Positions 60,001 to 64,000 of a stretch of DNA of 64,000 bases are shown piece after piece. Source of the DNA: Candidatus Daviesbacteria bacterium. GTDB lineage: Bacteria > Patescibacteriota > Microgenomatia > Daviesbacterales > UBA10151. The notes under the pieces were generated by a model. The model did no database searches, had not been told where the DNA came from, and was given only the letters and a program-made list of their open reading frames with translations. Position numbers and translations under genes: made by a program. Positions within the stretch are counted from its first letter, which is position 1, and each line of letters begins with the position of its first letter. The stretch is taken from assembly GCA_016176405.1 (NCBI GenBank), contig JACOXG010000013.1, positions 398 through 64,397 of the forward strand, given 5' to 3'.

Positions 60001-61419
60001 GGCAGAAGGGAAATGAGAGCGGTTTGGGATTATCTGGCAGATACTTACATGGATGGTAGAGTCTTGATAGTCAGAGATGAGCCGAATGCTGATGTTAATG
60101 AAAATGGTCAGCCAAAAGACTTTCATCAAGAAAGATGGGATCGGGCCAGGGTCATTAATGAGGCTGGAGTACAAGCCCTAAGAGAAGTATTTGAATCAAG
60201 ATTTATGTTGTCAACTAGCGGAGGGATAGAAGTAGTAGATTTAATCTCTAAGATAGGAGACTTAGGCATATATGATTTGCTTTGGGAAATGGGTTGTAAG
60301 GATTTTAGGGAATTTCAGGGATTTATTAAAAGACGAGATGAAGTGGAACTTAGAAGACAAAGTTTTTGGAATATTAGAGAATGGAGAGATCCCATTTCTT
60401 ATGCTAAAAGACTAAGAGGTGGAGGTGGAGCAATAGTATATCTTCGAGGAGGAGAGGTAAAAGGGCAACAACGTGAGCCAGGCGTACTTCAGGAACCGAT
60501 GATGGGTGCTTATAAATTTAGAGATGAATATGTGAATCGAGAGCATTGGGTAAGTAGTGACATAAGGAATAAACTAGATCAGACTACTGCGGAGTTTAGG
60601 AGAATACTCCAAGAGATAATTAATAATGACCAGAACCTAAGCAAACTTACTGAACAGGAGCGAGATAAACTGATAGAGGTAGGAGCAGGAGTGTTAATTA
60701 CCCTTATAAAATTCATGGATGCCCTGAGGTATAAGATGAATAGAGCCGGACTGGCTCCTAAAAACTGGAAATTAGACAATGAGCTGAACTTCAGACATTA
60801 TGCTGTGGAGTTATTAAAAAGGGTGTCAATTGAAGGCCGAGCAGCTATCTTAGGTGGCGGTGAAAAATTAGGGGAGCAAGATTTAGGTTATGCTGTACAA
60901 GGTAGAAGTCCACTGACTATTAAGATATTCGAAAATTTTTTCAGAACCAGCTCCTACCATATCTTAGTAGAAAAAGATCGTAAAGTTTTTGATCAGATGG
61001 GACAAGAGGTTAAAGCCAGGATGGATACTAAAAGAAGAGAGCTAGATGCTCAACCCTTGCCTGTCGCAATTCAAACAAAAATTAATAATAGGAGAAATCG
61101 TTTAAGAGCCTTGGGTATGGGTACAAGGATAGATAGATTAATAAATCGGGGAGTACTTTCACAATCAGAAATTGATTCATTAACAGATATTCATTTACGA
61201 TTCGAAATGGACAACAAAAGAAAAGAGGAGTTGAAGTCTAGAGGGGTACCTGATGAAGAAATAGATTCATTTCTTAATTTAAACCAAGAGCTTCGGAGAA
61301 TGAGGAATCAATACATAAATGAAGAGCTCCATAGGCAGTTTTATGGGGAATGGTCTGCTAAATTGGCAGAAGTTGCCGAGCAGTTAGAGAAGGTCGGATC
61401 GTATAAACTTGGGGTGTAA
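57004..61419 (+). CDS. Very large (1471 aa) charged protein of unknown function with an internal duplication
   Basis: Uninterrupted 4.4-kb ORF with its own TTGACA-18-TACACT promoter; no TM or signal peptide seen. Confidence 0.85.
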   Translation: MSNAERLNMADAIATETAEPKVVVTSEKDSYQKGGIMRWLKRGSKAQVLMKPGEFEPPTATQDSQIENVHARNQQAAETSSKREHILKLPGYDPNKEYEIRELGNAVIIVDPVTGKEIGILPRIAGGSPDIPDWITEAAKSKPLRLQEAQELDQIYSRVDRSRLPGHQVGELDRMIQANQNELNTLQREVEQLFEEASNDNILNFVINDVRAAYIKAIQPPPASIWEAQPPTGREIDLKNYQETFWDLGYDVLRDLFLRGAVGPIDIRALRAKYEGLGSYIASRAAVAIDKDLKGLPLSPSTELGDRILEGVKREHEYAESRRRARASADEMLRYSDWRERFDFDWAQNRPELRASVFAWLEKFVAHLPEATIDELNNESLTWKRNAISALEKAANRLRISEKEPFYKELKSTIEAYVEVYRGAKFLETDGGLEAATIALEEFAHNFNPKHDAIYLGNAKSAIIQAFMARNHGAISASTVPITRDTAPTGAAIETIEKPQAGDLEEFRGNIEEQAKQYAATHQLYIREADFETRIRQSNGGYSWDDVIEDLLLEDRRGMNAANALTDPIAQAEAIARVVTRTGVFQRIKERLDREDEARDGRSFAELTDDERREEIRFRIRTKMFLTGYRNLVDDIDLTTDPVDKDRKLWNWLKGYNLRREIQGHTLFFPSYWDEVRLSINRPTKLVDRALQEINKAEQMRRLNPIQAEAIRNSIKNEMRARGADKEVDRIESLISPLNRDKALWRWVDKYNAARKDRGEEPWYAGDWDRALPEDELEAMIEEVDPFRGVLRIDGLTDQEINTAIENLNWTDPAQPNFIGSGLTAEQIETAKREMLEDALFDKQQRETEAERAYNINRAYQKFLGIDARWGGMSIREINDEGEMFLKNVWEKAEEILKEKIDNEEEETEEKVAALEAALRARGGLTDAEIETTLIERRRLLRRDSTFGATLALREIGIANDLPIWNYYYYNDPQRIQTFAPLVGYTHNDKPQIIDLLDRGRREMRAVWDYLADTYMDGRVLIVRDEPNADVNENGQPKDFHQERWDRARVINEAGVQALREVFESRFMLSTSGGIEVVDLISKIGDLGIYDLLWEMGCKDFREFQGFIKRRDEVELRRQSFWNIREWRDPISYAKRLRGGGGAIVYLRGGEVKGQQREPGVLQEPMMGAYKFRDEYVNREHWVSSDIRNKLDQTTAEFRRILQEIINNDQNLSKLTEQERDKLIEVGAGVLITLIKFMDALRYKMNRAGLAPKNWKLDNELNFRHYAVELLKRVSIEGRAAILGGGEKLGEQDLGYAVQGRSPLTIKIFENFFRTSSYHILVEKDRKVFDQMGQEVKARMDTKRRELDAQPLPVAIQTKINNRRNRLRALGMGTRIDRLINRGVLSQSEIDSLTDIHLRFEMDNKRKEELKSRGVPDEEIDSFLNLNQELRRMRNQYINEELHRQFYGEWSAKLAEVAEQLEKVGSYKLGV

Positions 61420-61433
61420 TTTAAGGATGAATA

Positions 61434-63308
61434 CTAAGGTTTTTTGAGCCTCCACTTCAAAGGATTCCAGGTAGAAGCACTTCTATCTATAGCTTGAAAT
61501 ACCCCAGGTCTAACAGGGCCATACTCAAATCCTCCCGTAGAGGGATCGAAACGATATCCATACTCTCCAAAAATACCCCTCTTTATATTTCCTGAAGCTT
61601 CTGTGACAGCACCAGTTGACTGCCCATAATATGTTCGACCGCTTGCTACACCACCGGAAATTTCCTGTCCTAGAAATTGTCCTGCCTGACCCATTCTACC
61701 AATAGTACTAACTACAATGTCTGGAATTTTGGGAAGTGCCATTAATGCCCCAAAAGCCAAAAGAAGATTAATGAAATTTAAATCCAATCCTCCAAGCAAT
61801 GGAAATGTCTTTTCACCTGTGATTTGAGTATTAGTTTGGGCGGAAACAATAAAACTATTGTTATCTACATAGTTTGATTGTGAAATTTTTAAGGGATAGT
61901 CATTTTTTACAATGCCCGGACCTAAAAGAAAGGCCACAAAATAAAATACCGCCAAAACTGCAGGGAATACTAATATATTTGCCAACATATTTAATATCCA
62001 GGCAGTTGCTATACCTTGCCTTCCTGGTAAGGCTGCTGCCAGAAATTGGAAGGGAGCACTTATTGTCAGAAAGATAATCGTCAAGTAGGTTGTTAGAAGC
62101 CTAAGCAATAACTTTAACATCTGGTAAATTAAGGCCAAGGTTGCTACAAAGCTAATAATGAACCCTAAAAAGAATGTGGGGGCGCCTGCCCCAGCCCCGA
62201 TTGCTATTAAACTAACGGCGGGACCTAAAAATAGACTAAGAGGACCCAGAGCGGCAGGTACACCTCCTGCCAAAGGTGCTATGAGGTGAGCGGATAAGAG
62301 TCCTGCTACTATTCTTAAGGTACCTTGAGCATCGCCTAATTTATCCCAAACAGATCCTAAAGCCTCAGATGCTCTCTCTTGTGTGACTATTCCTACAAGG
62401 GGGCTAAATATAGATAAAACATTCTCTCTGGAGATTTTATTGACCAAATTTGTTCTTTCTGGGTCATCTGTTTTTCCTTGGGCAGCGGCAAAATAATAAC
62501 CTACCATATTTGTTCCCACAAAGGCCATATCTGAAACCAGGCCTGCTAAGAAATAACTAAAGGTAATTAAAATTAATCCAATCACCAATCCTGGTAGAGC
62601 TGCCTGAGCAGTAATGACTGTTTGAGGATTAATTCTTTGTCTAAACATCACCATTAGCCCAATAATCACAAAAATAATGGTCATAATTACATAAGAGATA
62701 TTTCTGGATACCTGCCATAAGGCTAAAATAGGACGTAATACTCCCTCTCCGGATCCTACCACTTGAGCATTAACCTGTTTCACTACTCTAAACTGATCTC
62801 CAAAGGAAGCCAGGTAATCAACAGTTCTAACAGGCGGATTCATGTATAAAGCTGTAATTAAAGAGGTGGTTGTTCCCAAAGCTCCGTTAGATAAATTGGT
62901 TTGGGATAAAATAGGAACTCCCTGAATTGCTCCTTGCGCATTTTTAGTGATCTGATAAGTCAAACATGGTTGGCCGATAAAGGAAGAGCCAACAGTTAGA
63001 CAGGAAAAAGTATGAAACATGTTGTGGACTAAAAGATCTGTATAAAGGGGGGAGGTAGGAGAGATAGAGGTGGGAAGTTGGAGGTTGGAAGATGGATATT
63101 GAGGTGGGAAGTTGGAGGTTGGAAGAGCACTGGGAGTAGCAGTTTGAGCATTAGCAATGGGAATATTAAATATTAAATAGCAAATAGTAAATAATGCCAG
63201 TACCACTGTCATCCTGAGCGCAGCGAAGGATCTCAATATTAATCTAGAGATTCTTCGGCCTTTGGCCTCAGAATGACACTTTATGTCAGTTTTGAGTTTG
63301 GACAACAT
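61434..63308 (-). CDS. VirB6/TrbL-like polytopic T4SS membrane protein
   Basis: LWQVSRNISY..IIGLMVMFR..ALP.LVI.LILITFSY and later TM hairpins (TISAPF..ALPG); lies next to pilins. Confidence 0.7.
   Translation of the reverse strand: MLSKLKTDIKCHSEAKGRRISRLILRSFAALRMTVVLALFTICYLIFNIPIANAQTATPSALPTSNFPPQYPSSNLQLPTSISPTSPLYTDLLVHNMFHTFSCLTVGSSFIGQPCLTYQITKNAQGAIQGVPILSQTNLSNGALGTTTSLITALYMNPPVRTVDYLASFGDQFRVVKQVNAQVVGSGEGVLRPILALWQVSRNISYVIMTIIFVIIGLMVMFRQRINPQTVITAQAALPGLVIGLILITFSYFLAGLVSDMAFVGTNMVGYYFAAAQGKTDDPERTNLVNKISRENVLSIFSPLVGIVTQERASEALGSVWDKLGDAQGTLRIVAGLLSAHLIAPLAGGVPAALGPLSLFLGPAVSLIAIGAGAGAPTFFLGFIISFVATLALIYQMLKLLLRLLTTYLTIIFLTISAPFQFLAAALPGRQGIATAWILNMLANILVFPAVLAVFYFVAFLLGPGIVKNDYPLKISQSNYVDNNSFIVSAQTNTQITGEKTFPLLGGLDLNFINLLLAFGALMALPKIPDIVVSTIGRMGQAGQFLGQEISGGVASGRTYYGQSTGAVTEASGNIKRGIFGEYGYRFDPSTGGFEYGPVRPGVFQAIDRSASTWNPLKWRLKKP
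63207..63278. repeat. Inverted REP-like dimer (72 nt) in frame at the N-terminus of the VirB6-like gene
   Basis: TGTCATCCTGAGCGCAGCGAAGGATCTC..GAGATTCTTCGGCCTTTGGCCTCAGAATGACA, read as CHSEAKGRRISRLILRSFAALRMT. Confidence 0.88.
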
Positions 63309-63348
63309 ACTTTAAGAGTAAACTAAATAAGCTGTAAATGTCAAAGAT

Positions 63349-63690
63349 TTATCTTGGACAAAACCATTTGGTGGGATCTGCTTTGGCATTTGGATCACCA
63401 CATAAAGCAAAGATATTAAAAACAGTTACTTCTATGCCGGTAAAGGCTTGGATTAGCTGTAAAATAATCCAGGCGATGGCCAAAAATAGAGCTCCCAAAA
63501 GGGCCCAAGTCACTGTTTGATGAGCAGCTTGAATGGCTTTGGGTTCACCACCGCTAATTAAATATTTAATCCCAGCCCAGACCAAAAAGGCCAGCATAGC
63601 TACAAAAGCCAGTCCCACCACCACAGAAATGATGCTGGTAAAAACTTGCTCTATTTCTACTAAACCCGCAGGTGAAGGACCAGGATTCAT
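63349..63690 (-). CDS. TrbC/VirB2-like pilin
   Basis: Two TMs around AGIKYLISGGEPK...A..T.TWA.LG. Confidence 0.85.
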   Translation of the reverse strand: MNPGPSPAGLVEIEQVFTSIISVVVGLAFVAMLAFLVWAGIKYLISGGEPKAIQAAHQTVTWALLGALFLAIAWIILQLIQAFTGIEVTVFNIFALCGDPNAKADPTKWFCPR

Positions 63691-63693
63691 GTT

Positions 63694-64000
63694 TTAGGGA
63701 GCCGGAGTGGGGATGTTGAAATTACGGATATCAAACCCTAAGAATAACCCGGCTACCTGGAATAAAGCAAAAGCAATGGCCAAAACAGCCAAACCAATTA
63801 AGGCATTAATAATTCTGCCTCTGGCCTTACCAACAGCCTCTTTGTCTCCTCCTGAGGTAATCCATTCAAATGCTCCCCAAACTAACATGGCTAAAACTAC
63901 CAGTACAGCCACCATAAAAGCCAAAACAAGAGTTTTTTGGATAAAATCACCTAAAGTGGAAAATCCCACATCACGTCCATCTACTCGGGGTCTTTCTATG
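63694..64000 (-). CDS. TrbC/VirB2-like pilin, 5' end outside the window
   Basis: GAFEWITSGGDKE.V.KAR.RI.NA.IGL; the frame stays open to the window edge. Confidence 0.85.
   Translation of the reverse strand, partial: IERPRVDGRDVGFSTLGDFIQKTLVLAFMVAVLVVLAMLVWGAFEWITSGGDKEAVGKARGRIINALIGLAVLAIAFALFQVAGLFLGFDIRNFNIPTPAP

Noticed and set aside
49293-64000. T4SS cluster as an integrative conjugative element or prophage
   Set aside because: No integrase, relaxase, att repeat or phage gene is visible, and it carries the same repeat families as the core genes; the region beyond the window is unseen

Overview
Low-GC bacterial chromosomal segment, standard genetic code, that spans the replication origin (jag-yidC-yidD-rnpA-rpmH, then dnaA-oriC-dnaN, with a + strand shift from C-rich to G-rich judged by eye). 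Gene content and style point to Patescibacteria/CPR, most likely Microgenomates (inference). The left 45 kb is mostly housekeeping and envelope genes (sbcDC, metG, tatD, groESL, murB, ahcY, tsaD, valS, rplY, rnhA, glycosyltransferases, flippase, O-antigen ligase) plus two PIN-type toxin-antitoxin pairs. The right 15 kb is a monoderm-conjugation-type T4SS locus (two pilins, VirB6-like, PrgI, VirB4, wall hydrolase) interrupted by two opposite-strand genes of unknown function. Top signals: (1) a short-type cobalamin riboswitch, with its own promoter and an SD-sequestering kissing-loop hairpin, controlling an uncharacterised Cys-rich protein inside the T4SS locus; (2) several families of short palindromic REP-like elements and 7/8/9-mer micro-repeats inserted in frame in core proteins (GroEL, MurB, TsaD, Jag, VirB6-like) and four times in the riboswitch; (3) a TA cassette bounded by a 27-nt direct repeat of the next gene's 5' end; (4) a split tsaD; (5) a membrane-anchored nuclease gene between dnaA and dnaN; (6) widespread leaderless promoter architecture. 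No tRNA, rRNA or CRISPR array was seen. All family calls come from motif recognition by eye; no database searches were run.
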